Of a stretch of 64,000 nucleotides of DNA, positions 31,522-40,884 are shown one piece after another. The DNA is from a virus (Duplodnaviria; Caudoviricetes). Within the stretch, counting starts at the first letter, position 1. Every line of letters starts with the position of its first letter. A model generated the notes under the pieces. It saw only the letters and a program-made list of their open reading frames with translations, was not told the DNA's origin and did not search any database. Made by a program: the position numbers and the translations under genes. Where the stretch lies: the IMG/VR virus record IMGVR_UViG_3300046819_000361; one strand, written 5' to 3'.

Positions 31522-32310
31522 CAGGATCTGCTTTTTACGGTTTCCTATCCACTAGAAGAACTCTTAAAGTTTGTGTTTGCAATTATCAAAGTGATATCGT
31601 TTCATATTTCCAATTCCACCTATTATATCACAATGAGGACAGCATACTTTAACTTGTGGTCCGCTTTTTATATCTTTGTTCCATGGAGTTTGCAATCCTG
31701 TTTTACCTTTATTCCATGGGGTTTGTCCAGTTTTTCCTTTCTTAATAGCAGACATTTTAGCTCTTTCTGCTGCTGTCCATATTTTTTTAGGTTTATTAGA
31801 TCTTTGTTCTTTCAATATTGGCATTACTCTACCCAATCTCCAATTGTCAGGAATTGCAGTGTCAATATCAATAGATCTATTTTCATGTCCGTTTGTTATC
31901 CAGCGTCTTCCATACATCGAGTTGTTGTGACCAGTTCTAGTTTTGGCAGCCAGCTGCATCTTTCGACGTAACCAACCATATAACTTATTATTTCTATTTT
32001 GATTATCACTGGTCACAGTCATCATAGTAGCAGCATATACTAGTGAGTAATTATCATATATTTTAACCAACAATAGATGTGCTACATAATGTTCTTCTGG
32101 CGTTAATTTAACCACATTGTCCGGGTCATCTTTCCCGCCCATACATCGTGGAATAATATGATGTTTCTCAAAGTATTCATTATCGAGAAACGTTCTATTT
32201 TTTCCACGATGTATTAATTTTTCATATATAATTTTATAGTTCATATAGTATTTATACTTATGAACCTACGTTCCCGGCCTGGAATGCTAATTGTATGCGG
32301 TATAGATCCT
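31522..32310 (-). pseudogene. CAGCA-scaffold copy 14 split by an HNH gene
   Basis: 5' part AGGATCT-ATA-CCGCA...CGTAGGTTCA upstream of the HNH; D-arm-like TTCTAGTGGATAGGAA and AGATCCTG downstream. Confidence 0.7.
31564..32244 (-). mobile_element. HNH homing endonuclease
   Basis: EKHHIIPRCMGG..NVVKLTPEEHYVAH; PWNKG repeats; TATAAATA late promoter just upstream. Confidence 0.88.
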
Positions 32311-32319
32311 AAAATTGTT

Positions 32320-32595
32320 TTACTTCAATTGTGACTTTCTAAACATTCGGTCCAATTTAGTATTGATATCTTTGCAGAGTTGTTCAGATCGTTCTGCTGC
32401 TTTTACTGCATTATCAACTTTTGAACTAACAGTTGATAGAGCGCGATTAGTATCTACTAATCCAGTACTCAATGTTTTTTGATTTGTAGTAATTACATCG
32501 ATTTCACCTTGTAATTTGGCGATATCTGTGTTTGTTGCACATCCAGTAACCAATGCTAAAGCACCAATCATGAATAACATATTTAATTTTCTCAT
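32320..32595 (-). CDS. Lpp/OprI-like alanine-zipper lipoprotein
   Basis: lipobox LVTGC, coiled coil, C-terminal KLDRMFRKSQLK. Confidence 0.7.
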   Translation of the reverse strand: MRKLNMLFMIGALALVTGCATNTDIAKLQGEIDVITTNQKTLSTGLVDTNRALSTVSSKVDNAVKAAERSEQLCKDINTKLDRMFRKSQLK

Positions 32596-32620
32596 TTTAC
32601 ACCTTTGTTAATTAAAATCA

Positions 32621-32711
32621 CAGGATGATATATTGTTTCGGAGCCGGGAGATTCGAACTCCCAGAAGATACCCGCTTATCGGCTTCGGCATTTTTGTGCT
32701 GTAATCACCCT
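32621..32711 (-). ncRNA. CAGCA-scaffold copy 15, anticodon-less tRNA-like cargo
   Basis: AGGGTGA-TTA-CAGCA; CGAAGCC/GGCTCCG acceptor-like; GGGAG-TTCGAAT-CTCCC; TCATCCTG. Confidence 0.75.
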
Positions 32712-33163
32712 TATTAATCAGTTAAGATAATCGTTCTTTTTCTGATTCCATAAAGCGTGTTCGTTTTACAAGTGATAAAACGAATTCTGACTCAGCGATT
32801 GATTTGGAATCAAGATCAACTCGCAAGTTCAAGAAGTAAGAAACATCATTATGAACCAGTTTAATGGAACTATAGTCTGTTACTTCCGCAGTGAATGATT
32901 TTGGAATTTGAATTACAACATCCATCAATCGTTCGAAATGTTTATCCGCATCAACAAAGTATTGTTCAACAAATGTTTTTAAGTGATGTGGTGTATTTCT
33001 TAATGTTTCGGATTTATAGTTTCTATAATTTCCGACTGAAACTGTTACCGCTTCAATAAGGTCAGTACCAGTGTATCTAGGATACTCAGGGATTAAGTTG
33101 TAAGGTTTTTTTACTTCTTGTTCAGTTACTAGCATTATATCATTCCGATAATAGTTAAAAAAT

Positions 33164-33237
33164 TGGCAGGGATACACGGATTCGAACCATGGATGACTGG
33201 ATCAAAACCAGTTGTGTTACCACTACACCATATCCCA
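33164..33237 (-). tRNA. tRNA-Gln(TTG)
   Basis: ACTGG-TTTTGAT-CCAGT, CCA. Confidence 0.92.
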
Positions 33238-33247
33238 ATTGTTATTA

Positions 33248-33365
33248 CAGGTTAGCATTTTAAGTTTTCCCAATTAAACTACATTAGTGACCAACCCTAA
33301 CGCTGGGATTCGAACCCAGAACTTTCTTTTACAATAAGATTTAATAAAATTGCTGAAACTAACCT
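33248..33365 (-). ncRNA. CAGCA-scaffold copy 16, permuted cargo (anticodon-like, T, acceptor, D)
   Basis: AGGTTAG-TTT-CAGCA; TCTT-ATTGTAA-AAGA; CTGGG-TTCGAAT-CCCAG; CGTTAG/CTAATG; TAGTTTAATTGGGAAAAC; CTAACCTG. Confidence 0.82.
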
Positions 33366-33405
33366 ATTGGTCTTATTCGCTGGTGACTAGCCTCGAATAT
33401 TCTGT

Positions 33406-33468
33406 CAGGATACACATTTTACGGGTTTGATTAGCTGTCAAATGTATGATTGTTGCTGTAGGTATCCT
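33406..33468 (-). ncRNA. CAGCA-scaffold copy 17, Ser(GCT)-like anticodon stem-loop cargo
   Basis: AGGATAC-CTA-CAGCA..TTTGA-CAGCTAA-TCAAA..GTATCCTG. Confidence 0.8.
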
Positions 33469-33524
33469 AGAACTGTTTATGCTATGTATTATACATCATT
33501 TTTATTCATTGTCAATATTTATTT

Positions 33525-33599
33525 TGGAGCGGGTAATGAGATTCGAACTCACGACATTCAGGTTGGCAACTTGAAGCTCTACCACTGAGCTATACCCGC
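33525..33599 (-). tRNA. tRNA-Gly(GCC)
   Basis: TTGCCAA loop, U73-CCA. Confidence 0.93.
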
Positions 33600-33606
33600 T
33601 CAAAAT

Positions 33607-33681
33607 TGGCGGACTGTACGGAATTTGAATCCGTGATACCACCGTGACAGGGTGGCGTGATAACCGCTTCACTAACAGTCC
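33607..33681 (-). tRNA. tRNA-Asp(GTC)
   Basis: CCACC-CTGTCAC-GGTGG, G73-CCA. Confidence 0.93.
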
Positions 33682-33803
33682 AAAATTGTTGAGTATCTAA
33701 CATCATACAATACTCGGGAGACCTCTACCAGCCTCGTTTTTATTACTGCGCCTATCCGAAGATAGTGTTTCAAATGATATTAAGGTTGCCCAGCTCTAGA
33801 GTT

Positions 33804-33880
<77 letters not shown>

Positions 33881-34186
33881 ATAATTCTATTTAAACGGAG
33901 TTTTTTCACAGGCTAATGCATGATGATATGCTATTTTCATAGACTCATATTTTTCCGTTGCTTCGCTTAATTGTTGCTGTAATTTTAGCATATCTTGTTC
34001 TACATAATCAAGATTTCTTTTAACGATATCCGATGTTCTTTTACCTGCCATATATAGACCTTTTAGAAATAAAAGAATCACCCCAGTCGGTAGCATGAAA
34101 TACCGCATATTTTTTAGATTTTTCACCATGTTTTTCATGGAATTTTTTAGTAGCTTCTTCGTTTACTATTGCGGTTCTTTTCATAC

Positions 34187-34561
34187 TTACCTCGCAAATC
34201 CACGATTTCTCAGTAATTGTGATAATTCATATTCGAATGTACCAAAATCAGACCTTTCACGCCCATAAATTGTATCAGGAACAATAATACCAATACTAGT
34301 CAATGCATTGTCAATCGATGGTTCATTAAAAATCGCCCATGGATATTCGTTTGTTTCATTGTTTAACAAATTGGCAATGTTTGCCATCTGTTCACTAGTA
34401 CCACCATTCAATACAATTGCAGTTTTATGGTTTTCAGCCCAATCTACCAATAGTTCGTTAGTTGTACCATATTTGTTGTTGATCTCTTGCAGTGCATGCA
34501 AAGATTGTATACCGTGTTGTATAGAACTCAGGTACATGTTTGTTAAAAAATAAGCTCTCAT
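34187..34561 (-). CDS. second Pth2-fold (peptidyl-tRNA hydrolase II-like) protein
   Basis: LSSIQHGIQSLHA..W..NHKTAIVLNGG..FNEPSIDNALTSIG. Confidence 0.6.
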   Translation of the reverse strand: MRAYFLTNMYLSSIQHGIQSLHALQEINNKYGTTNELLVDWAENHKTAIVLNGGTSEQMANIANLLNNETNEYPWAIFNEPSIDNALTSIGIIVPDTIYGRERSDFGTFEYELSQLLRNRGFAR

Positions 34562-34636
34562 AGTTTTCCTATATGTTACTGAGTATTTATTATTTGAGGT
34601 TATCAATCATCTGGGTAGTTACCAAAACTAATTAGG

Positions 34637-34710
34637 GGTGACCGATGGGACTTGAACCCATAAAATTCTGAATCACAATCAGGGTCGTCTACCAATTCCG
34701 ACACGGCCAC
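34637..34710 (-). tRNA. tRNA-His(GTG), no encoded CCA, flanked by an inverted repeat
   Basis: CTGA-TTGTGAT-TCAG, C73; flanks ACTAATTAGG/CCTAATTAGT. Confidence 0.88.
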
Positions 34711-34727
34711 ACCTAATTAGTCTAATT

Positions 34728-35213
34728 TTATAATAAACCACACTACGGAAGGATTCGAACCTTCGGTTGCCGTCGCACTCAACACACCAGTGTACCTCAA
34801 TACGAATCGAACGTATCTTACCACCATTTATAGTGTAGTTTATTATATAATCATATAGTAAAGTGCATTAAACGAGGGAACACGAATGCTACACATCCTC
34901 CTGTCTCCGGCCCTCAAGCTTAACATCCTCCTGGCCAGTGATGTTAAGGTGACTGATTAATGCACTTTAATATAAAATTATATAGAAACACATGCTGAAG
35001 GACGAACGGCGTATTTCCATCGAAGAACTATATCTTTCTCATCGCCGTATAGCTTCCCGCACGATATAGTCTGAGTTGCGCTTCAGGATGTGTTTTTATA
35101 TAATCATATAATAAAGCATACTACACGGAATTGAACCGTCTTCATTCAAGCCCGGAGCTCAAACTGTGATCCACACAACGCTGATCAGACGCTAATATGC
35201 TTTATTATATGAT
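34728..35213 (-). ncRNA. four tandem long-stem-closed RNA cassettes (about 110-120 nt each)
   Basis: terminal inverted repeats at about 34728-34846, 34853-34974, 34980-35102, 35103-35213; GC-richer interiors, some with TTCGAAT/TTCAATT T-loops. Confidence 0.65.
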
Positions 35214-35214
35214 T

Positions 35215-35290
35215 TGGTAGGACCGCCGAGACTCGAACTCGAATTCCCGGATTAAAAGTCCGGTGTTCTAACCAATTGAACTACGATCCC
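35215..35290 (-). tRNA. tRNA-Lys(TTT)
   Basis: CCGGA-CTTTTAA-TCCGG, CCA. Confidence 0.94.
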
Positions 35291-35356
35291 AAATTTTCTT
35301 GCCTTCTTTTTCTGTTTTTGTCTTTCGTTTCATAATTATTTCCTATGTTGTTATAG

Positions 35357-35418
35357 CAGGATACGTTTTTACTAGTTGAATTAAAAGTTCAGTGTAAATT
35401 GTTTGCTGAATGTATCCT
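35357..35418 (-). ncRNA. CAGCA-scaffold copy 18, Lys anticodon stem-loop cargo
   Basis: AGGATAC-ATT-CAGCA..TGAA-CTTTTAA-TTCA..GTATCCTG. Confidence 0.85.
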
Positions 35419-35796
35419 AAAACTGTTTATGCTGTTAATTATACAGCATTTTTATACGTTGTCAATTATTTTATCTGGATATTGTGCATCACGGCGTTCA
35501 ATTTCAGCATATGGACTGTAGCCAGGCTGTAATTCCGTGATATTAGTAAATCCATTGGTTTCTGTAATCAAACTATCATTAGAATCGATAGAACCACGAT
35601 ATTTACTACCATAACTACCTTCTAATTTACCAGTACTCGGATTAAGATCACCCCATTTAGTGTGATTACCACCGATAACTTCAATATAGTAGGTTTTACC
35701 AGTTCGGTATGAATAAACAACATGTCTACCGGTATCTTCAGTTTTTGTAAAAAATTTCTTTCGGGTTTCTTCGTCCATAATAGTTTCCTTTGTGTT

Positions 35797-35870
35797 TGGT
35801 GCTTTAGAAAGGAATCGAACCTCTGTCTGCTCGGTGTAAACGAACGGCCCTACCATTAGACGACTAAAGC
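35797..35870 (-). tRNA. tRNA-Val(TAC)
   Basis: GTTCG-TTTACAC-CGAGC, A73-CCA. Confidence 0.9.
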
Positions 35871-36353
35871 TATAATTGTTGCTTTCTTATTCCCGGCTAT
35901 CACAGAGGTTGCCACTTGTACTTCATGGTTCTCAACTTGCAGGTTCTGGCGGAACAGAATTCTCGTATTGCCAACGTGCTTTTGGTTCAAAGCATACCAC
36001 CCGTGTGTATCACCACACTTCTTATCCTCTGGGTCAGAGTATCCGTTGATTAGACGGTTCGATCTTCAAGAACTTGTTGTTCCCATTTACTTTTTAAATA
36101 GATCTTTTGACCATGCAACCAATATTCTTCTTCTGTAAAATTAGTAATAACAGCAGGGCCATGTTCATTATGATATTTCCCATCTTGGCAATAACAAGTT
36201 CTGCGGCCATCATATCTAATAATTGCTGGTCCATTTGTGTTATGCGATCTTCCATTTTTCATAAAAACTATTGTTGTATCAGATACGCTAATAGTGAGTT
36301 CAGGATTGTCTGGGTTAATATATTCCATAATTACCAAATTGTAAAGTTAAAAT

Positions 36354-36429
36354 TGGTGCTACCGACTGGGATCGAACCAGTATAGCTGGATTTTCAGTCC
36401 AGTGCATGAACCATCACTGCCACAGTAGC
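36354..36429 (-). tRNA. tRNA-Phe(GAA)
   Basis: CTGGA-CTGAAAA-TCCAG, CCA. Confidence 0.92.
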
Positions 36430-36437
36430 AAAATTAT

Positions 36438-36491
36438 CAGGATACGCTTTTTCATTTTTCAAGAATGTTTTTTAATTGCTGCATGTATCCT
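36438..36491 (-). ncRNA. CAGCA-scaffold copy 19, Ser(TGA) anticodon stem-loop cargo
   Basis: AGGATAC-ATG-CAGCA..CATT-CTTGAAA-AATG..GTATCCTG. Confidence 0.82.
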
Positions 36492-36514
36492 AAAACTGTG
36501 TAAATTATAACGTA

Positions 36515-37045
36515 TTATTTGAACATTTGCAAGATATTTTTCATAGCATCTGTATTACTATCCCATGTTTGTCCGCCAAATCGTCCGTATTCTATACGGT
36601 TATCAGCAGACCATTTATTATAATAATCGGACAATTCACCATTGCATTCCAATAGTGTATCACCGTAATTGATTATCATTACATTAGGATTCATGCAATC
36701 ACGAATTGAATAAACCTTCTCAAACGCTTCTTTAATACCCATGCCATGTTGTATTAGTACTAGAATAGCAGTTGCTGTACTTCTACTAACACCAGCATGA
36801 CAATGAATTAAAACTTTATCAGTATCAGTAAATGTTTTACTGAATTCTAAAATATTTTCAATATTTTGTAAAGTAGGATGTTGATATCCTTCTAATGGTA
36901 CTTCAATATCATGAAATCTTTCTACGTGATGTTCCACATCACAATCAAATACTTTGGTATTTGGATCAACAATGCTAATGACTTTAGTATGGGTTGGTAC
37001 CCATAAACTTGCTTCGTATAATCCTGATATAGTTATATCTAACAT
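36515..37045 (-). CDS. Cys-based (CX5R) protein tyrosine/dual-specificity phosphatase-like
   Basis: FHDI, IHCHAGVSRS, PN motif. Confidence 0.85.
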   Translation of the reverse strand: MLDITISGLYEASLWVPTHTKVISIVDPNTKVFDCDVEHHVERFHDIEVPLEGYQHPTLQNIENILEFSKTFTDTDKVLIHCHAGVSRSTATAILVLIQHGMGIKEAFEKVYSIRDCMNPNVMIINYGDTLLECNGELSDYYNKWSADNRIEYGRFGGQTWDSNTDAMKNILQMFK

Positions 37046-37061
37046 TTTTTACCTCAAAAAT

Positions 37062-37113
37062 TGGCGGGGCTATAATTGCTGTTAAAATCCTTGACAGGAT
37101 TTATTTTGGCCCC
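37062..37113 (-). ncRNA. armless CCA-ended mini-tRNA carrying a circularly permuted CAGCA scaffold
   Basis: GGGGCCA..AAATCCT-GTCA-AGGATTT-TAA-CAGCA..TAGCCCC-G-CCA. Confidence 0.65.
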
Positions 37114-37121
37114 ATTATATT

Positions 37122-37197
37122 TGGCGACCCTACCCGGTGACGATCCGGGTTTACTATCGTGAAAGGATAGTGTTCTACCAACGTAAACTATAGGGTC
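37122..37197 (-). tRNA. tRNA-Glu(TTC)
   Basis: CTATC-CTTTCAC-GATAG, G73-CCA; atypical T loop. Confidence 0.85.
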
Positions 37198-38024
37198 TTA
37201 TTTTTCGTATATTGGTTTCTACCCGTAATATTCCCAGGTGTTACCCGTTTTCCATTACAAGTTCTTGAACAATATACATTAATTGTTTTTAATTTTTTAT
37301 CACGTGTAAAATTTTTACCACAATGTGAACATGTGTACTCGTATAAAGGTTTATACCCATCGTATAGTGTATAATATTTTTCAGTATTATAAGTTTCTTT
37401 TACATATGTAAAAGCATATTTCAAATCATTAAATCGTAAAACATGTACATTATATCCAAAACTTTCAGCAACCTGTGTTTTTAAATCCACTGATTTTTGA
37501 TTTTCATAACCTTTTGTTTCTATTATAGTTTTATTATCCGATAAAATAAAATCAGGGTAATATTTAATACCATTTCTTTCCAAATAACCGTCAAATCTAG
37601 AAAATTTAATATTATGATCTAAATTGTATATTACCCAGCATAATTCATATGTTGATCCACAATAAATGCCATTATAATATCCTGATTTTGATCTACCAGA
37701 ACCATTTCTATATCCACCTATGTGTTTGGAACTACATTCTTTTGAACAATATTTTTTATTACTCGTTTTTATTATTCTAAAATCTGTTCCACACTCTACA
37801 CATTGTCTAATCTCACGAATAGCAAATTCTTTGCCTTTTGTAGAGGCAGGTTTAATACCTAGCTTCTTAAATGTAAGAGATGTTTTTATCTTTTGTTCTT
37901 CACTTGGTTTCCATCCAGAGTCTTTCCGTTTTCTGTTATTATATTTCGCTGAACACGATCTATTACAAAACTTTTTTGCATCTTTACTGATTAAAGTGTT
38001 TCCACATTCTAAACAATTATTCAT
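37188..38024 (-). mobile_element. putative PD-(D/E)xK homing endonuclease with Zn-ribbon repeats
   Basis: CxxC..KFCNRSC repeats, STYEL, YYPDF..IIETKG; lies between a tRNA-Glu 5' remnant and an intact tRNA-Glu. Confidence 0.7.
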
Positions 38025-38081
38025 CTGTAATCTCCATATAGAGTATTTATATGGAATTGAACTTTATTGCATTTTTTGATT

Positions 38082-38111
38082 ATAGTGTTCTAACCATTAA
38101 ACTACCAGGAT
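38082..38111 (-). pseudogene. 5' half remnant of a tRNA-Glu-like gene
   Basis: ATCCTGGTAGTTTAATGGTTAGAACACTAT shares TAGTTTA..AGAACACTAT with the downstream tRNA-Glu. Confidence 0.65.
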
Positions 38112-38231
38112 ATAAACTTTTATATAGAAACACACTCGTTTCTGAGCTTTCGGTATGTATGCCTACACTTTAGGATAGCCCCTGCGTCCAGTTGCTCAGT
38201 ATCCCTACCGTGAATGTGTTTTTATATAAAT

Positions 38232-38310
38232 TGGTCTCCGTAGCAGGATTTGAACCTGCGAATCCTCTCGATCCCAAATCGAGCGCTCTACCAAACTGAG
38301 CTATACGGAG
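38232..38310 (-). tRNA. tRNA-Pro(TGG)
   Basis: CTCGA-TTTGGGA-TCGAG, CCA. Confidence 0.93.
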
Positions 38311-38323
38311 ATAATTAAAATAT

Positions 38324-38416
38324 TGGTGGGTGTCCACGGATTCGAACCGCGAATGTTTACCACGAGGGACTTGATTTACAGTCAAGAGAGGCACACGCCA
38401 TAGCCTCAAGACACCC
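38324..38416 (-). tRNA. tRNA-Tyr(GTA)
   Basis: CTTGA-CTGTAAA-TCAAG, long arm, CCA. Confidence 0.9.
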
Positions 38417-38826
38417 AATAATTTATAACACTCTCCCACTATGTGTTTAGACGGTTCGTAGCCGAATGAAGAGTGTATATTAAAACATACTCACTTTAAC
38501 TTGTCAAGAACCGTAATTCTTAATGCTGATCTAGTATGTTTTAATATTAAAACACACTGGTGGGTCGTTCAAATCCACTGTCTACATTCCGTAGAAATCA
38601 AATTCTACTATTCTCAATGTGTTTTAATATTTCTAGGTTTTTCCACACACCACACAAGGTGCTTCTCATCCCCTAGACCGCCCTCATTAATAGCTCATTT
38701 TTATAGTGGTGAGCAGAATCGCGTTTTCTAATAGAGACCAATATTTCATTCTCTATACCACTGTACTTCATATTATAATCTGTGTTTCTGTGTCTGTCAA
38801 CTACTTTTTTTAAGGAGTCTAAAACT

Positions 38827-38906
38827 AAAAAACCCTGAGAGTTTTCACTTTCAGGGTTCTTTGAAAAATTAACTTATAATATTAAATTATGTCTTCAAAG
38901 AACCCT
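38827..38906 (-). promoter_or_regulatory. attenuator: overlapping antiterminator and intrinsic terminator
   Basis: AGGGTTCTTTGAA (38894-38906) pairs over 13 bp with TTCAAAGAACCCT (38853-38865), which overlaps terminator AACCCTGA..TCAGGGTTTTTT (38827-38858). Confidence 0.75.
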
Positions 38907-39024
38907 CACGATACTCCGGTGTGCGATCATTAATTAAACTAAATGCACACCATACAGACGCAATCGAGCCGCCTTTTAAGGTTGATTGTAGTTTAAATTG
39001 TTGATGTAATGATTGCATTTCCAT
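38887..39024 (-). CDS. candidate leader peptide containing all 20 amino acids
   Basis: MEMQSLHQQFKLQSTLKGGSIASVWCAFSLINDRTPEYREGSLKT; last codons overlap the antiterminator 5' strand. Confidence 0.65.
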   Translation of the reverse strand: MEMQSLHQQFKLQSTLKGGSIASVWCAFSLINDRTPEYREGSLKT

Positions 39025-39075
39025 TTGTATCAATTTTCCTTTAATTTCATCGGTTGACCCCAACTGATGAAGCGT

Positions 39076-39104
39076 ATTATACAATTATTTAGTTTCTTTG
39101 TCAA
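39076..39104 (-). promoter_or_regulatory. sigma70 consensus promoter of the tRNA-array leader
   Basis: TTGACA-N17-TATAAT. Confidence 0.8.
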
Positions 39105-39200
39105 GCACTTTTTAAAAAAGTTTTTATTTTTTTTATAATTGTATTTTTATTTAGTAAAAATTCTTATTTACTAGTCAAAATAGCTGTTTTTCAGCATATT

Positions 39201-39689
39201 TTAGTAGAGTGTTAAGAATTCTACTACATTGGTGTGAAGTTCATTATAAATTTTATCACCCCATGTTACAGCATCTTGTTCAGTAACCCTAAAATTATAG
39301 TTTTCTGGTTGAATGAACAATTTATTTGTATCATTGTATCTGCTTTTTTCAATGGTGTCAACCCATATTGTGATAGTTGGGTTAATAATTTCCCTAAATT
39401 CAGGTAATGGTGCTACCATATCTATTAGTATATAGCCATTTTCAACCTCATCAGCAAAATTTTTCATTCGTTGTGCTTGACGAAGTCTCCCATCATATGA
39501 AAAATCCCAATCATTAAATTTTTCTCTTACTTCATCGGCATTGTACCAATGAACTTGGTAATCTGCAAGTTCTAATTTCTTTTTTAGTTCATTGGCTAGG
39601 GTAGTTTTACCAGAGCCCGGTAATCCCATGATCAAAATTGTTTTTTTACTCATATAATTCATCAGTTTCTGAAAAATGGCTTCAAACAA
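39201..39689 (-). CDS. adenylyl-sulfate kinase-like P-loop protein
   Basis: MGLPGSGKTTLA, NADEVR, DWDFSYDGRLRQA. Confidence 0.75.
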   Translation of the reverse strand: MFEAIFQKLMNYMSKKTILIMGLPGSGKTTLANELKKKLELADYQVHWYNADEVREKFNDWDFSYDGRLRQAQRMKNFADEVENGYILIDMVAPLPEFREIINPTITIWVDTIEKSRYNDTNKLFIQPENYNFRVTEQDAVTWGDKIYNELHTNVVEFLTLY

Positions 39690-39752
39690 GCCTTACGAAT
39701 GTATTTAGTACCATTTGGTTGACTGTCTATTAAAAAATCAGATTTTTTTACA

Positions 39753-40331
39753 TTACAAAGATACAGGATCCAACAATACCGGTGTATCACCACGTACCAT
39801 AATGTTAGATTCTCTTAAATCTAAATCATAGACGATATTATCGCACCAATACTTCAAAAATTTGTAAATCCACGGGAATTTATTGATTGATCTCTTTTGA
39901 TGATTACTGAGTTCATGATATGATCGTCGATCAATCAAAGAATAGGCCATATCATCTATAACAACTGAAATCTTATCATATTCACCAGGTAATAACGGGT
40001 GTAGTTTCTCTAATCTCACCAGATATGTATCTGAAGTAATTTGTATTATCCCACCTTTAATTTTAGGTAGATTAGGATTGTCCTGATTGCTTAATACGTA
40101 TCTAATGAAGCACAAATAGGCATCATCACCACGAAATATCTTAAACACCCAAGAATAACCAGGATACATATATGCAGAACCATTTGAACCACTACCAAGA
40201 TGTTCAAAACCATAATGATTCATTACATCTTTCCATTGTTCGAATTGATCATCTAATTTTACATCCCTACAATCTTGCTCAAATATTTCTTTAGCTTTAA
40301 TGTATAAAGAATTTCTTTTATACCCAATCAT
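39753..40331 (-). CDS. protein-kinase-like fold protein
   Basis: LGSGSNG, VFKIF, DLRESNIM, VLLDP. Confidence 0.6.
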   Translation of the reverse strand: MIGYKRNSLYIKAKEIFEQDCRDVKLDDQFEQWKDVMNHYGFEHLGSGSNGSAYMYPGYSWVFKIFRGDDAYLCFIRYVLSNQDNPNLPKIKGGIIQITSDTYLVRLEKLHPLLPGEYDKISVVIDDMAYSLIDRRSYHELSNHQKRSINKFPWIYKFLKYWCDNIVYDLDLRESNIMVRGDTPVLLDPVSL

Positions 40332-40449
40332 ATAATTCTCATGATGTATTTTATAATACTAAAGGAGAACTAACGTTCTCCTGTTCTTCGCTATCGCTCA
40401 TCACATTTTTTATAATTTCTATCTTACCTATTCAACTAGATTACGATTT

Positions 40450-40884
40450 ACTTTTGCCCCCATAAAGGGAGCAAAAAAATAATTTCAACTGAGTTGACTT
40501 CATTAGTAGAGTTACACTGGTTACAGAGGCGGTTGGCCGATACCTCGAAGTGCGTTTTTGTTTCTGTTGTCCAACGGTGGCATTAGGAAAATACTCTACC
40601 ATATTCCTAATACGTCCAGGAATTACCTGGTCATTTAGCCTTTTTATCTTTTGTTTAAACATTCGAAATTGGTTGTACGTAGGCGTATCCAATCATCATT
40701 TGCATCACAATGTGCAAGTAGTCGAATGAGTCGCTGCTTCTACTCAGCTGTTTCCCTCCATGCGAAGAACATTCCATTTCCTGGGGCACCTGTCAAACCA
40801 CCGGTGCGAGTGTATCAGAAGTGTATAGCCTGAAAAAGTGCCTGTGAAATCATATTTATCGTTGCCTAAATTTATTTGCCTAAT
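40450..40884 (-). ncRNA. candidate large structured ncRNA (about 430 nt)
   Basis: no credible ORF, GC-richer, several hairpins; TAGACA-N17-TATAAT at 40891-40919 and terminal hairpin TTTTGCTCCC-TTTAT-GGGGGCAAAA. Confidence 0.45.

Noticed and set aside
31522-32310. Group I intron around the HNH gene
   Set aside because: Flanks are too short for a catalytic core and no P7-like elements were seen.
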